Shown in pieces: positions 8,648 through 18,082 of a DNA stretch of 26,751 bases. The notes beneath the pieces were generated by a model. It worked only from the letters and a program-made list of their open reading frames with translations, was not told where the DNA came from and did no database searches. The stretch comes from a virus (Duplodnaviria > Caudoviricetes). A program made the translations under genes and the position numbers. The stretch lies in IMG/VR virus record IMGVR_UViG_3300025277_000122, positions 1-26,751 of that record, one strand, 5' to 3'. How positions within the stretch are numbered: the stretch's first letter is position 1; the number at the start of each line of letters is the position of its first letter.

Positions 8648-10994
8648 CGTAATACCCCTTGAATGCTGACCGTTTCTCCTGCTGTTCCTTTATCTTCCAC
8701 AGGTCTGCAACCATTGTATCTTCTCCATGAAAGGTAAGAACACCATCAAGACCGGGATCATTGAATATCTTTTCACAATCCTGTGCCATTGCCAGAAGTT
8801 CTCCTGTAGTCCAGTATGATTTGTCCTTTACGTTGACCTGAATATACTTTGGCTTTGGTGTTTCACCACCATCTATATCACCAGTAGTTTCGGTCTTCTC
8901 CTCATCAGTTGGCTCTTCCCTGCAACAGTCAAAACCAAAGAGATGTATCTTCCTGAATCCCATTGTATGCAGAAGACCAATGCTACGCATGGCAGCACAC
9001 GTACCACCTGTAATAAGTGTTGCACCCTTGGGAATACCAAGTTCTTCATTAAGCTTTACCTGCTGGTTCTGTATGGCCACACCCTGATCAGCCTCATCCC
9101 TGAGAGAATCAGTATAGGCGTGCCATCCCCACATACGTGCATCACTATCAATGAGAAAGTTTGTCACGGAAGGATCAGTCATGGAGGCCACAAAGAAGTT
9201 TGTCTCAGGATCAAGATCAGCAAACAGATCTTTACGTACAATATTGTGCGTACTCTTTCCTGTTATGGATCTTGGATCAAGAACAACACATCCCCAAGGT
9301 TTTATGTTGTGTTTCATCAGGGCTGGATATGCATGTTTGACAGTAACAACCTTGCAACCTGGATGCTTCTTGATAAAAGCTTTCAGCTTTTTATAATCTG
9401 TATATGGTCCTGCCGAAACAATAACACCCATTGTGCTGTGAGGTACATGTTTCTGAACCCACCTGTCAGATCCAAGAAGTTTCATGTTGGTCTGGATATT
9501 GTTTTTTATATAATCTTTTGGAACACAGTCTCTGGGATGTACAACAATAGGTACACGTTTCAGATCTTCAGGTACTTCTCCCAGTTCAGAATCATGAAGA
9601 AAGACAACAAGATGTGTGTGTCCACCATCTGCTACCTTGTCCCCGGAAGGCAATACATATTTTCTTGTAACTGATTCCTCATCAAAGGTTGTCCATCCAT
9701 CCTCTGTAGTTTCCTGTGCGTCCACCTTTTTGGTTGGAACCTTGTCAAAGACTTCCTTGACTCCCCGATATTCTTCATCAGGAATACCATCGTCTTCATC
9801 CTTTGTGAAGTAATGATCAGCAACAACAACCGGAACATCCTTCAGAATATCATATTCATGCTGCACTGTCTTCAGACTATTGCCACTTCCAATGAGTGCG
9901 AAGTCGGTATTCTTTACTGTGGTCTTGTCAAGTGTATCTCTGACATTTCCACGGTGAAGTTCAAAGGAAAATTCCTTATCCTTTTCTTTCTTCATATGTT
10001 CTTTAAACTCTTCCAGCCTGTTCCTGACAGCAGCCTCTGTATTGTGGGGCTTGGCATTGAATTCTTCCCTGTCAGTAGCTGCGGTGGCATCCTCAAAGAG
10101 ATCATATCCAGTGTAGTGTACACTATCAGCATTGTCAAATGCAGCCAGAGCCATTTCAATTGCACGTCCAGCATTCCATGTACCAGTTTCAAGAAGTCTT
10201 TTCGGTTTATAGAACCTGATAAGGTCAGCCAGTTGTTTATATCTGTTAGGTAATATGTCTGGAGAAGTCTCTGTTTCCGATAAAGGTATCAATCTGTTAC
10301 CAGATGCATCTCTCAATGCTCTGGCATTTTTGTCCCTGAGATTAACCAGAACAGGAGTGATGTCTTCAATCTCATGAATGTTCATACCATGAGCATTATA
10401 GATTGTAACAAGCCTGCTCAGAATAAATGAACTGCTCCACTCCCGATAGTTCATGAATTCTCCAGATATGTAAGCACCACGCCAATCTCCCATCAGATCA
10501 ACAGCAGTCTGCCTTCCTATGTTGAATGCCATGAAGTAATCATTCTCTGGAAGAGAAACAAAGTCTGCATTCTGGGAGGGTTCAGGAAAATAGTTATCCA
10601 GTGTAGTTGTTCTGATATCCTTCAATGTCAGGGAATGTGGATCAACCCATACCATCCATGATCCTTTGTTTTCAAAGGCGCACTCACTTACGGCAAATAC
10701 TTTTGGTGCAGCAGAAAGAACATCAAGCATATCAGTATATACAACGGCTCCATTTTCAGTTCCATCATGGATCTTGTTCTCTTCCATGAACTTTACATAC
10801 TCTGGAATGCTTTCCATCTTGTGGTACTTGATGTTCTTTGCCTTGGGAAGGGAATAGTTCTTGATATCCAGATTATAATAATAACAGTGGAATTCAAAGT
10901 CAGGATGCCAGTTACCCTTGAACTGCTCCAGAAGTTTGGATGCATTGGCTTTCAGGGCAGCTTCATCAAAGCATGTTACAATTTTATAGTTCAT
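8640..10994 (-). CDS. Three-domain protein: glycosyltransferase-like, SAM methyltransferase and Maf/DUF115 (MptE-like) domains
   Basis: Likely start MNYKIVTCF at 10994. GT-A-like N-terminus (KVFAV..WMVWVD); LLETGTWNAG methyltransferase motif; C-terminal VIVSAGP, VVLDPR, GGTCAAMRSIGLLHTMGFRKIHLFGFDC. Confidence 0.7.
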   Translation of the reverse strand: MNYKIVTCFDEAALKANASKLLEQFKGNWHPDFEFHCYYYNLDIKNYSLPKAKNIKYHKMESIPEYVKFMEENKIHDGTENGAVVYTDMLDVLSAAPKVFAVSECAFENKGSWMVWVDPHSLTLKDIRTTTLDNYFPEPSQNADFVSLPENDYFMAFNIGRQTAVDLMGDWRGAYISGEFMNYREWSSSFILSRLVTIYNAHGMNIHEIEDITPVLVNLRDKNARALRDASGNRLIPLSETETSPDILPNRYKQLADLIRFYKPKRLLETGTWNAGRAIEMALAAFDNADSVHYTGYDLFEDATAATDREEFNAKPHNTEAAVRNRLEEFKEHMKKEKDKEFSFELHRGNVRDTLDKTTVKNTDFALIGSGNSLKTVQHEYDILKDVPVVVADHYFTKDEDDGIPDEEYRGVKEVFDKVPTKKVDAQETTEDGWTTFDEESVTRKYVLPSGDKVADGGHTHLVVFLHDSELGEVPEDLKRVPIVVHPRDCVPKDYIKNNIQTNMKLLGSDRWVQKHVPHSTMGVIVSAGPYTDYKKLKAFIKKHPGCKVVTVKHAYPALMKHNIKPWGCVVLDPRSITGKSTHNIVRKDLFADLDPETNFFVASMTDPSVTNFLIDSDARMWGWHAYTDSLRDEADQGVAIQNQQVKLNEELGIPKGATLITGGTCAAMRSIGLLHTMGFRKIHLFGFDCCREEPTDEEKTETTGDIDGGETPKPKYIQVNVKDKSYWTTGELLAMAQDCEKIFNDPGLDGVLTFHGEDTMVADLWKIKEQQEKRSAFKGYYDA

Positions 10995-11784
10995 AAGGTT
11001 GGATCTTTCCATGTCCTGCAAGGTAAGTGTAATCTCCATTCCATTCTGATGCATACTGACCATCAATACTTCTCTTGCATTTCCAGGCCTTGAACCAGGG
11101 TCCACCTGTAGTGAAGTGTACGTTCTTTGCTTTCAGTTCTGGATCAGAGTGACCATCAAGCCAGTTCCATTCCTCATCTATGGTTCCTATGTCAGAATCT
11201 TTTTCTGGCAACCATTCAAAACCATGCAGCCATGATCCAGGCCGATGATTAACATCATGAACTGTCAGCTTTTTGTTAAGATCATGACCACAGTTCCAGA
11301 GCATAAGGCTTGACCAGTTCTTTCTTCGATAGTTTTCCTGTTTCTTTCCATCCATTTTCAGACCATCACCCGGAGCATAGTCATGCTTGACACAATAGAG
11401 AGGATAGTAATCCATGTTATACTCTTCAAAGAGTTCATTGATATCTGTTCGAAGATACATATCACAATCCATATACAAGGCCCATCCCTGATACATATTC
11501 AGGGCAGGAACAAGGAACCTTGTGAAGCTGAACTCACTGGAGAATGGACGGCCATCTATCTGATCTATGTACTGACCATCAACAACGTCATACTTCCTGT
11601 TATATATTCCCATTCGTTCCACAACATCACGACGAAGAGGAACAATACGTACATTGTCTACTGCTATCCTTTCTATTGTAAACTTTAAAACTTCATAGGC
11701 TACATCTTCCTTTGGATCATAGCCTATATAAACTGTATTGGGTTGTTTCTTCATGACCTTATACTCAATGTATCTCTCCTTCAT
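10984..11784 (-). CDS. Glycosyltransferase (GT-A fold, GT8/CDI-like)
   Basis: VYIGYDPKE, SEFSFTRFLVP, DxD motif (MDCD), RKNWSSLMLWNCGH, EWNWL, HFTTGGPW; alternative start at 11754. Confidence 0.85.
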   Translation of the reverse strand: MKERYIEYKVMKKQPNTVYIGYDPKEDVAYEVLKFTIERIAVDNVRIVPLRRDVVERMGIYNRKYDVVDGQYIDQIDGRPFSSEFSFTRFLVPALNMYQGWALYMDCDMYLRTDINELFEEYNMDYYPLYCVKHDYAPGDGLKMDGKKQENYRRKNWSSLMLWNCGHDLNKKLTVHDVNHRPGSWLHGFEWLPEKDSDIGTIDEEWNWLDGHSDPELKAKNVHFTTGGPWFKAWKCKRSIDGQYASEWNGDYTYLAGHGKIQPYEL

Positions 11785-11803
11785 TTCTTACTTTGTTGTA
11801 TAT

Positions 11804-11832
11804 AGTATACACTATAAACATCTGTATGTCAA
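11804..11832 (-). promoter_or_regulatory. Sigma70-type promoter for the GT/MTase/holin/terS operon
   Basis: TTGACA-17 nt-TATACT in the intergenic gap after the RNR stop. Confidence 0.8.
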
Positions 11833-11840
11833 GGACTTTT

Positions 11841-13517
11841 TTAAACACCACATACACCTCCGGTACCACTGATGTCACAGATGTCATGAGCCTGTATGTT
11901 ATCTTCAAATTCTTCACCAAGTTTTTCCATAGCTTCGGTGTAAGGTACAGCCGTGAGAGGTTGTCCACCCCTGCACCCATCAGGGAAGCATGTAAAGCCT
12001 CTGAGCCTGTGAGCGTACCTTGCAAGTGTCTGTGCAAAGTCTTCTACCTTGTCTTCATTGTTGTTCTCTGTATCCCATGCAGGAAGATTGATTGTACTGG
12101 AGATGGACATATCAACATACTCCTGTACGTTGGCCTGAAAACTCAGTCTTCGCTCATAGTCAGAAGACAGATCCAGAGCCGACTCGATATCTTGAGGTTT
12201 TGTACCATACAGATCGATCATCTCCTGTGCTGCACTATCCACTACATACTGGTAGTGCCACCGTCTGTTCTTGAGATACCTTCTTTTGTAGGCCACCGCA
12301 AAGATGGGTTCAATTCCAGTAGATGTTCCTCCCAGTATTCCAATGGTTCCTGTTGGTGCAACCGCCCTGACAGCAGCAGGTTTCGAAACTGATAGGAATG
12401 AAGCAAAGTCTCTTGCTGTCTTGTCTGATTCTGCTTCATAGACCTTGAGCCATCTGTGTAGTTCCGGGGTTGTCTCGTACCTTCCGCCACGCTGGATGAG
12501 CCATTCATGTAGCCCCATAAGTCCAAGTCCAAGGCGTCTGTTCTTTTCTCTGACCTGGGATACCTTTTCATAGGGTAGCTGCGCTCTGAGTGTACCGCAT
12601 AATAGAAACTTGGTGGCGAGTGTGACAACTTCCCGCAACTGGTTAAGGTCATCAATACGAGCAAAGTTAAGACTGCCAAGATTACAGACATCACTATCAT
12701 CTTCAGACGTAACCTCCGTGCAAGCGTTACGCAGTGTCTCATTTTCCTTCTCGAAGAAATTGAATGAGAAGCCGGGTTCAGCAGTTCTAAGAGCCTGACG
12801 TACATTAGTCCTGAAGACATCACCTATCTCTCCTGTTTCCCAATAGTTAAGTAACCATTCTGTATCATAATTAACTGATATGTTTGTCATGTCCAGAGGT
12901 GCAGGGAAGTTGAAGTCCTCCTGCTTGATATCAAAGAGTGTCTTGCCTGTGCTGCCTATGGGCATGTCAAACCAGTTCTTTGCCTTTAGAAATTTGTCTA
13001 CATCTGGATGCTTCCAGTTAAGGCTGGCATAGATGGCTGATCTTCTGGAGCCACCCTGCATTACATGGCGACCTATCTCATTGATCATCTGCATCTTGGG
13101 TATGGGACCACTACTGATACCACCTGTCCCCTTCAGGGTCTGTCCTTCCTGCCTGTATGCAGAGTAGTCTATACCTATACCACCACCAGTCATGAGACAT
13201 GATTCGGACTCCCATGAAAGCTTGGCCCAATCTTCTCTAGTGTCTGCTTCTGCCTTGAGGAGATAGCAGTTATTAAAGAATTTCTTTTCCCTTCCTGCAT
13301 AGTAGAGATATCTACCACCCGGAATGAATCTCAGGTTGGATATGTGGTCAATCAGTTCATCCTTGTCATCCTTCAAAAGATAATCCTGACACACATCATT
13401 GACCAGAGTACATGCAAGTTCGTGAAATGTTTCTGCCCCTTCATGAGAATACTTGGTATTGAATATATCCTCGCTGAATTTGGAACGGAACTGTGGATTG
13501 CGGTTTGATTTAAACAT
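11841..13517 (-). CDS. nrdJ: Ribonucleotide reductase, class II (adenosylcobalamin-dependent)
   Basis: PGGRYL, NNCY, GGSRRSA, NACTE catalytic motif, CNLGSLN, APTGT and a C-terminal Cys pair; no beta subunit adjacent. Confidence 0.85.
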   Translation of the reverse strand: MFKSNRNPQFRSKFSEDIFNTKYSHEGAETFHELACTLVNDVCQDYLLKDDKDELIDHISNLRFIPGGRYLYYAGREKKFFNNCYLLKAEADTREDWAKLSWESESCLMTGGGIGIDYSAYRQEGQTLKGTGGISSGPIPKMQMINEIGRHVMQGGSRRSAIYASLNWKHPDVDKFLKAKNWFDMPIGSTGKTLFDIKQEDFNFPAPLDMTNISVNYDTEWLLNYWETGEIGDVFRTNVRQALRTAEPGFSFNFFEKENETLRNACTEVTSEDDSDVCNLGSLNFARIDDLNQLREVVTLATKFLLCGTLRAQLPYEKVSQVREKNRRLGLGLMGLHEWLIQRGGRYETTPELHRWLKVYEAESDKTARDFASFLSVSKPAAVRAVAPTGTIGILGGTSTGIEPIFAVAYKRRYLKNRRWHYQYVVDSAAQEMIDLYGTKPQDIESALDLSSDYERRLSFQANVQEYVDMSISSTINLPAWDTENNNEDKVEDFAQTLARYAHRLRGFTCFPDGCRGGQPLTAVPYTEAMEKLGEEFEDNIQAHDICDISGTGGVCGV

Positions 13518-13526
13518 TTTGTTCCC

Positions 13527-13844
13527 CTATTTATTATAGTAAAGTTCGAGTATCATCTGTGCATAATGTATGGCTTTCTCTACATCCTTCCTCCCTTCTC
13601 CTTTCTTGCGATGTCGGGTTATGTATTTCACCACGTTCCCTTCAAAATAGTCAAGATTGTTATGAAAGATATATTCTACTGGCTGGATACCACAAGTCTT
13701 GTAGTGATGCCCACCTATCTGATAGTCCAGAGCATATGATCCATCGCTCTTTGCCGTGTGGTAATTAACTGTTCCCAGTTTTTTACTATCGTTCTTATCT
13801 CCTGTATCTTCACAAGAGAGAGGTGATTCTTCTCCTGACTCCAT
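13527..13844 (-). CDS. DUF3310 / T7 gp1.7-like nucleotide kinase
   Basis: QIGGHHY, IQPVEYI, GNVVKYITR, KDVEKAIHY. Confidence 0.8.
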   Translation of the reverse strand: MESGEESPLSCEDTGDKNDSKKLGTVNYHTAKSDGSYALDYQIGGHHYKTCGIQPVEYIFHNNLDYFEGNVVKYITRHRKKGEGRKDVEKAIHYAQMILELYYNK

Positions 13845-14163
13845 TTACATCTCCTGATTTGGTAACATTAATGGCAAATGTTCTTATCACTCCTGGCTCA
13901 ATACCAGCCAAAGCACAGGTATCCTCGAAGTTCTCACAGGTAACACCAACCGAAGCAAAGACCCATGCATTTGCCTGATCTCTTTGCAGCCTGATGTCAC
14001 TGCTTTCTTTGGTTTCTTCTGGCTTGGTAATGTCCAGAACTGCCTGTAGAATAACAGCAAGATAAAGACTCCTGTGAGGATTTTTACGTGTAACATCATA
14101 GAGGGTCTGGAAGTCCAGTTTAATTGTCAACAGGTTCCTGAACAGGTCTGTAGAACTTTCCAC
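13810..14163 (-). CDS. Hypothetical phage protein
   Basis: Helical ORF (RSLYLAVILQAVLD...FEDTCALAG) filling the operon; start uncertain. Confidence 0.6.
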   Translation of the reverse strand: MESSTDLFRNLLTIKLDFQTLYDVTRKNPHRSLYLAVILQAVLDITKPEETKESSDIRLQRDQANAWVFASVGVTCENFEDTCALAGIEPGVIRTFAINVTKSGDVNGVRRRITSLL

Positions 14164-14512
14164 CTACATAGTTATTGTAGTAGGCTGGTTCGTCTGTTCC
14201 CTCCAGTGTAGATGTCAGCACATGATAGATCATCTGATAATAACACTCATAGTATCTTAGACTTCTTTTGTTTTTATATTCACCGACAATCTGGAAGCGG
14301 AACTGCTTCTTGCCCAGCCTCTTGATCTCTTCATTGAGATGCTTGCTTGACCCGGTATAGACCTTCCAGTTTGATTCAACCTTCTTCCCCTTTCTGGTAA
14401 CAAAGTACTGCTTGCATCCTATGTAAGCCTTCTTTGTTTTCTTGTGAGTTATTCGATAGACAAAACCAAAATGACTTTTGATGTCAGGATTCTTTTTATA
14501 TTCCCAATGCAT
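14120..14512 (-). CDS. GIY-YIG-like nuclease
   Basis: GFVYRIT..(x)..YIGCK bipartite motif, WKVYTGSS and C-terminal YYNNY. Confidence 0.6.
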   Translation of the reverse strand: MHWEYKKNPDIKSHFGFVYRITHKKTKKAYIGCKQYFVTRKGKKVESNWKVYTGSSKHLNEEIKRLGKKQFRFQIVGEYKNKRSLRYYECYYQMIYHVLTSTLEGTDEPAYYNNYVGGKFYRPVQEPVDN

Positions 14513-15372
14513 TACCAGTTGACTACTTCTTCCACATCAGGTTCTTTCCCAACTCTAGTAAGGTATCTCTTGCCCTTTGCATAGCTAAAGACACGCAACC
14601 CCCGACCTTTATTAGCATCAGACCAGCACTCCCGTTTATGGCTACAATAAATGCAGCCAATAGAAAGCTTATAGTTGCCAGACTTGCCATCAGGAACATC
14701 GGAATAGCACCTGTCAGGCATACTACCTTCACTAACCATTCCCTTGAGGTGCTGTATCCTTCCTTTAGCATTGATCATATCCATTTGATGTATAGGGGTA
14801 AGGCATATCTCTCCTGTTGATTTATTGATTGCAAGAAATGCAGCACGATCAACCCCATTGGCCTGGGCATATGCTGATATCTGTGCTATGTATCCGAATG
14901 GATCGTCCTCTGTGACCCTGTTGTATTTAAACTTGTCAAACCCGGGACCACTAGCTGACTTGCAGTCAACCAGGACATCATCTATCATTGAGTCCTGATG
15001 TCCCTTGACACCCTCCAGAGTAACTTCCTTCTGTTGTTCAGTAACCTTGTGTCCTGAAATGGAAGAACACAGAAGAAGTAACTCCTCAAGAATATAACCA
15101 TAAAGAAACTTGATCCTTGTGGAGGGTTTCAGTTCAGCATCAAGCAGTGGTTTGTTAACGTCATACCATAACTGTCTGTCTGGTTTACCTATGGCAGACA
15201 ACCTCAGATTGCCACGATCTCTGGGCTTTTCATACAGAAAGTCCTTGATGTGTACCTTCAACATATCACCAAAAGTATCTATATGTTTATCTACTTCCTC
15301 TTCGTCCATATCAATGGGATCAAGAGTAAACAGATTGTATATGTCCTCTACTAGTGTTTCTATCTGTTTCAT
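14512..15372 (-). CDS. PD-(D/E)XK (Cas4/RecB-like) exonuclease
   Basis: LRLSAIGKPDRQLWY, GHQD, VDCKSAS, YIAQISAY and C-terminal C..CIYC.....C. Confidence 0.75.
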   Translation of the reverse strand: MKQIETLVEDIYNLFTLDPIDMDEEEVDKHIDTFGDMLKVHIKDFLYEKPRDRGNLRLSAIGKPDRQLWYDVNKPLLDAELKPSTRIKFLYGYILEELLLLCSSISGHKVTEQQKEVTLEGVKGHQDSMIDDVLVDCKSASGPGFDKFKYNRVTEDDPFGYIAQISAYAQANGVDRAAFLAINKSTGEICLTPIHQMDMINAKGRIQHLKGMVSEGSMPDRCYSDVPDGKSGNYKLSIGCIYCSHKRECWSDANKGRGLRVFSYAKGKRYLTRVGKEPDVEEVVNW

Positions 15373-15382
15373 TATAAATAAT

Positions 15383-15416
15383 GGGGGAGCATCGAAACCG
15401 CAAACGACACTCCCCC
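15383..15416 (-). terminator. 12-bp hairpin after ssb (terminator or processing site)
   Basis: GGGGGAGUGUCG-10 nt loop-CGAUGCUCCCCC followed by AUUAUUUAU. Confidence 0.55.
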
Positions 15417-15430
15417 TCTCCTGTCAGATG

Positions 15431-15892
15431 TTAAAAGGGTACTCGCTCTTCCTGCACATAACCACCTTCTACGGGTTCAAAATCACCACCATCATTGTAT
15501 TCAATAAAATCTACAATCTGTACTTTTTGAAGGTCCGCAGATACACCTGACTTACCACCATAATCCCAATCAAAGGGAACAGCTTTAACACTTACAGTAC
15601 TTCCATTGGCAACCAGCTTGCCATCCCATAGATTATTCTGTGAATCCATTACGACAGGTGGCCGGTTTTGCTCCCCATTTTTACGGATGACATTACGTTT
15701 GATTGTTACGAAGTCTCCCTGATCATCTCCCCTGTTTCGGATGGGAAGTTTAGCAGCTTCTATAACAGAACGATTGTTATCGTCTACCTGTATGTTGATT
15801 TTCCACGCATGGGGATCATACCTGGTATTGGGTTCAGTAATCGAAGCGTAATAACACTTGCCGGTAATAAAAATAGGATCTTTTCTACTCAT
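15431..15892 (-). CDS. ssb: Single-stranded DNA-binding protein (gp2.5-like)
   Basis: YASITEPNT, VANGSTVSV, LQKVQIVDFIEY, acidic tail ending PF; AAGGAG RBS. Confidence 0.8.
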   Translation of the reverse strand: MSRKDPIFITGKCYYASITEPNTRYDPHAWKINIQVDDNNRSVIEAAKLPIRNRGDDQGDFVTIKRNVIRKNGEQNRPPVVMDSQNNLWDGKLVANGSTVSVKAVPFDWDYGGKSGVSADLQKVQIVDFIEYNDGGDFEPVEGGYVQEERVPF

Positions 15893-15976
15893 TCTATTCT
15901 CCTTTGATGCCGCACCACTGCGACTGTGAAGGGGGACGATTCCCCAGTTGTCTACTACTAACTAAACAACAGATAT

Positions 15977-16005
15977 ATTATAGCACATAATAATACATAT
16001 GTCAA
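15977..16005 (-). promoter_or_regulatory. Consensus sigma70 promoter for ssb
   Basis: TTGACA-17 nt-TATAAT with extended TGn. Confidence 0.88.
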
Positions 16006-16448
16006 CGTCTTTTTTCATAATCTTCTAAATAATTTAATGCCCTCTTTACATAGTTAATATTATCTTCAAAAAAACCTAACGCTGAATTACACTTATTACA
16101 TAGCCATCCTTTAAAGGCTCCTGTTTTATGGTCGTGATCTAAAACAAATGGAGATGTTTTTCCGTTTGTTTCTGGAATAATTTGTTCAGGTACCTTAAAA
16201 CAAATCGGACACTTATAATTTTCATCAGGATAAGCATGTGTTTTTTTCAACTCAGCTACTTGTTTCATTTTTTTTTGTTCACATTTTTTACATATATTCA
16301 TTCTCACATGGTTGTTTTTAATATCCCTTCTCCCTAAAGTTATAAAGCTTTCAAGGGATTTTTCCTGTTTACATTTAATACAAATCTTAGTACCTTTAGA
16401 CCTATCAATAGATTTATTGGTATGAAAAAACTCTAATTGATTGTACAT
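16002..16448 (-). CDS. Endonuclease VII-family (HNH) protein, probably a free-standing homing endonuclease
   Basis: CxxC pairs, CPIC, LDHDHKTG..KGWLCNKCNSALG; visibly more AT-rich than flanks; TGATG overlap with polA. Confidence 0.8.
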   Translation of the reverse strand: MYNQLEFFHTNKSIDRSKGTKICIKCKQEKSLESFITLGRRDIKNNHVRMNICKKCEQKKMKQVAELKKTHAYPDENYKCPICFKVPEQIIPETNGKTSPFVLDHDHKTGAFKGWLCNKCNSALGFFEDNINYVKRALNYLEDYEKRR

Positions 16449-18082
16449 CAATGCGTTTCTGCCCAATTATTTCCAACTTTATAATCGGAATCAAGATCAC
16501 ACCTGAAACTGAATACCTTCTGTGTCTGATACATGGCATCCTTTGTAATCTGTGTGAACCTCTGTATGTCTGGACGTGCTACCTCGAACTGATACTCATC
16601 GTGTACTGAGGCAACAAGTTGGACATCAAGACCAGCCTTTGTTATTCTGCGATCCATCTCCACCAGCCACTGCTTGCAGATGATTGCACCTGCACCCTGC
16701 AAGAGAGTATTGAGTGCTGCATGTTCATACCTTATCTGTAGCAGCCTGCCATCAAGACCCTTTATGTACCCTCTCTTGGCTGCTTCCTTTATGTTAGATC
16801 GCAAGACACGTAAGGCTGGCATGTTTGTCAAGAACTTTTTAATAAGCTGTTGACCAGCCCCTGATCCTCTACCTACTACCTTGCCTATCTTTGCTGCACC
16901 TGCACCATAAAGAAAAGCATAGATGAAAGTCTTGGCCTGATCTCTTGTCTTTAATCCTGCTGCCCTCTGATTGGCAGTATGTACATCACCAGTAAGAACC
17001 TCATTGGTAAACGAGGCATCATCCATATAGTGGGCAAGACACCTCAGTTCCAGACCAGAAGCATCAGTACCTACTAGCTGGTGTGTCTCTGGATTGGAGA
17101 CTGTCCATAGTTCCCTGCACTCCTTGCCATAAGGACTATAGCCTGCTGGTACCTGTGCCATGTTGGGACTGTGGTGTGCCATCCTTCCTGTTACAGTACG
17201 AAGGGTAAGGACTTTCCCATGTACCCTGTCGTTCTCATCACACTCCTTTATCCATGCCTTGAGAAGTCCTGTCCGTTTCTGCAAGAGGAAATATCTGTTG
17301 AACATCTCAGCTTCTGGTATCTTTTTAATCCTGGACAGGACATCTTCATTAACAATAATATTATCCTTGTCGGTATACCTCGTAGGTTTCCAACCTAACT
17401 CCATGAGACGTTCAGCTATCTGTTTGCGGCTTGCTATATTGAATGGGATCTCCTTGACTTTTGTTTTCATCTGTAGTTTGACAGGAGGAAACGTCTGATC
17501 AGCCCACTCCTCAAGCTTGTGCTTTTCGTCTTCCAGCTTTGCAAGCAGGAGTTGTCCCTTCATCAGGTCAAAAGCAAAACCATTCTCCTGTTGTTTATCA
17601 ACAATTACCCTGACGTTTCTCTCCAGTTCGTAAGCTTTCGATGAAAAGTTTTTACCTTCTGTCTCAAGCTGAACAGCAAGCCTCCTTGTAAGTTGCGTAT
17701 CACGCAGACAATAGAGAAGCATGTCCTGACTATATTCCTTGAACTCATTGAAGTCTCCTTTGATAAAGCTTAGTCTCTTGCCCCACGATTCAAGAGAGTG
17801 TCCACCGTCACGAACAGGGTTGTACAATTGTGATTCAATAAGAGTGTCCCTTACCTGTTCACGTCTTATTCTGGTATTTAGAAGTCGGTTGAGAACAGGT
17901 GCGTCAAAGCTTAACCCGTTGTGCATTATGAATTCGTCTACTCCTCTAGCCCACTCAGGAAATCTTTTACATCCATCCCCAACCCACTGCCATGTCTGAC
18001 CTGTATAATAATTCTGTGCTACTATACAGTGTATCTTTGTTGCGTTGAGTGCGTCAGTCTCTATATCAACTACTGCTTTCAT
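16448..18082 (-). CDS. polA: DNA polymerase family A with 3'-5' exonuclease
   Basis: Exo I DIETD, HNGLSFD, YCLRD; TGRMAH; motif A DASGLELR; motif B RDQAKTFIYAFLYG (Tyr at the 762 position); motif C VHDE. Confidence 0.95.
   Translation of the reverse strand: MKAVVDIETDALNATKIHCIVAQNYYTGQTWQWVGDGCKRFPEWARGVDEFIMHNGLSFDAPVLNRLLNTRIRREQVRDTLIESQLYNPVRDGGHSLESWGKRLSFIKGDFNEFKEYSQDMLLYCLRDTQLTRRLAVQLETEGKNFSSKAYELERNVRVIVDKQQENGFAFDLMKGQLLLAKLEDEKHKLEEWADQTFPPVKLQMKTKVKEIPFNIASRKQIAERLMELGWKPTRYTDKDNIIVNEDVLSRIKKIPEAEMFNRYFLLQKRTGLLKAWIKECDENDRVHGKVLTLRTVTGRMAHHSPNMAQVPAGYSPYGKECRELWTVSNPETHQLVGTDASGLELRCLAHYMDDASFTNEVLTGDVHTANQRAAGLKTRDQAKTFIYAFLYGAGAAKIGKVVGRGSGAGQQLIKKFLTNMPALRVLRSNIKEAAKRGYIKGLDGRLLQIRYEHAALNTLLQGAGAIICKQWLVEMDRRITKAGLDVQLVASVHDEYQFEVARPDIQRFTQITKDAMYQTQKVFSFRCDLDSDYKVGNNWAETH

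Noticed and set aside
10995-11105. N-terminal 37 aa of the 821-aa ORF
   Set aside because: It overlaps the conserved C-terminus of the upstream glycosyltransferase; the start at 10994 is more plausible.
8943-12392. Long + strand ORFs (e.g. 8943-9674, 9813-10253, 11793-12392)
   Set aside because: Antisense shadows of well-supported minus-strand genes, with no motifs or RBS.
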